From Patescibacteria group bacterium (GTDB lineage: Bacteria > Patescibacteriota > Patescibacteriia > Buchananbacterales > UBA6539), in assembly GCA_028688055.1 (NCBI GenBank), contig JAQTYZ010000004.1, positions 33,021 through 97,020 on the forward strand: DNA of 64,000 nucleotides. The letters are read 5' to 3'. This document shows, piece after piece, positions 62,990 through 64,000 of this stretch (its first letter is position 1; every line of letters begins with the position of its first letter). The notes beneath the pieces are model-generated. The model saw only the letters and a list, made by a program, of their open reading frames with translations. It did not search any database and was not told where the DNA came from. A program made the translations under genes and the position numbers.

Positions 62990-64000
62990 TGGAAATTCAG
63001 CTTAACGCTGTTTTTTGGTTTACGTTAATGATCTTTGTTGCCACGTATGCCATTATTATTTCAGAAAAAATTCACCGCACTGTCGCAGCACTTGCTGGCG
63101 CTGTCTTACTGATTTTATTAGGAATAATTACCCAAGAGCAAGCCGTCGAAGGGATTGACTTCAATACTCTGGGATTATTGATTGGCATGATGGTCATTGT
63201 CACTATTGCCAAACACTGCGGCATGTTTCAATATGTTGCAATTTTAGCCTCGCGACTTGGCAAGGGTAAACCACTGCCAATTTTTATTATGCTAGGGTTT
63301 ATTACCGCGATTTTTTCTGCCTTCCTTGATAACGTCACTACTGTTTTGCTCATGGTGCCAGTAATGTTCGTCGTCGCAAACAATCTAAAAGTTAACCCAA
63401 AACCTTATTTAATAGCGACAATTTTATTATCAAATATTGGTGGTGCCGCAACCTTGATTGGTGACCCACCAAATATTCTTATTGGCAGTGCCGCTGAATT
63501 AAGTTTCAACGATTTTTTAGTTAACGTTGCTCCAATTGCTTTTCTAGTTGCAATAATTACAACCGGCTTGTTGGTCATTTGGTATCGTAAAGAATTTGTG
63601 GTAAAGCCCGAGGCACAGGCGGCGATTATGAAATTTAATCCTAATGAAGCTATTACTGATAAAACTCTACTCCTTAAATCATTAATCGTCTTAGGAATTG
63701 TTTTGCTCGGATTTTTAACTCACGGTGCCACACACCTTGAAGGAGCAACCATTGCTTTAACCGGCGCTGTCTTGCTCTTATTACTGACCCTAAACGAACC
63801 AGATCATCACTTAAAAGAGGTTGAGTGGACCACAATTTTCTTTTTTATTGGTCTATTTATCTTGGTAGTTGGACTTGAACACGTTGGAGTAATTCGATTT
63901 TTAGCCGAACAGCTTTTGCAGGCCACTGGTGGCAATATGGTTTTAACGACTCTAAGTATTCTTTGGGGGTCAGCGGTACTCTCCGCGGCCGTCGATAATA
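62990..64000 (+). CDS. ArsB/NhaD-superfamily anion or Na+ permease (citrate-transporter-like). Partial: runs off the window.
   Basis: Open frame from the ATG at 62990 to the window end, polytopic. FLDNVTTVLLMVPV and IGDPPNILIG motifs. Confidence 0.7.

Noticed and set aside
1-64000. CRISPR arrays, cas genes, restriction-modification or recognisable toxin-antitoxin pairs, transposase or integrase genes.
   Set aside because: No regularly spaced direct-repeat array and no proteins with such motifs were found. The repeats present are segmental duplications and palindromes, not CRISPR-like.

Overview
This 64 kb window looks like a compact, AT-rich bacterial genome segment (about 35-45% GC) with localized GC-rich islands. 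Short genes, an archaeal-type PEP carboxylase, an H+-pyrophosphatase, lactate dehydrogenase and many cell-wall-active secreted enzymes are consistent with a small-genome, host-dependent lineage, possibly Candidate Phyla Radiation. That placement is inference only.

Two regions stand out as accessory or novel.

(A) Region 1068-12918 is a co-directional minus-strand gene block. It encodes a membrane sensor histidine kinase and six stand-alone paralogs of the kinase's own multi-TM sensor domain; two of the six are internally deleted mini-versions. Interleaved are a cyclopropane-fatty-acid-synthase homolog, a second SAM methyltransferase and a FeeM-like N-acyltransferase. I read this as a candidate membrane-lipid sensing and modifying module of unknown function.

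(B) Region 13094-22769 is a compositionally heterogeneous island built by segmental duplication. It holds three paralogous lipoproteins and a GC-rich 1244-aa secreted protein with a C39-like peptidase domain and three CBM6/35-like repeats. A CHAP-like secreted protein in the island shares a roughly 300-bp, 94%-identical block with the large protein. The island also holds a truncated third copy of the duplicated unit, an RlmN/Cfr-type radical-SAM + CYTH + NUDIX trio, and a recurring intergenic 9-mer, ACATAGCGC.

Other notable items are two candidate structured ncRNAs or MITE-like elements, each with its own sigma70-like promoter (30340-30507 and 48563-48810), and a roughly 950-bp GC-rich, ORF-poor stretch (25551-26497) containing a small N/G/P-rich ORF. 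An operator-like direct-repeat motif (ATTGCGCCGTC) brackets an operon encoding a diverged asparaginase-family protein.

The remainder is ordinary: four tRNAs (Arg-CCT, Ala-CGC, Ala-GGC, Glu-TTC) and housekeeping genes (trxA/trxB, nusA, hppA, tig, nfo, rnhB, ldh, archaeal-type ppc, aminotransferase, an Ssu/Tau-like ABC transporter, an Nramp transporter, hsp20).
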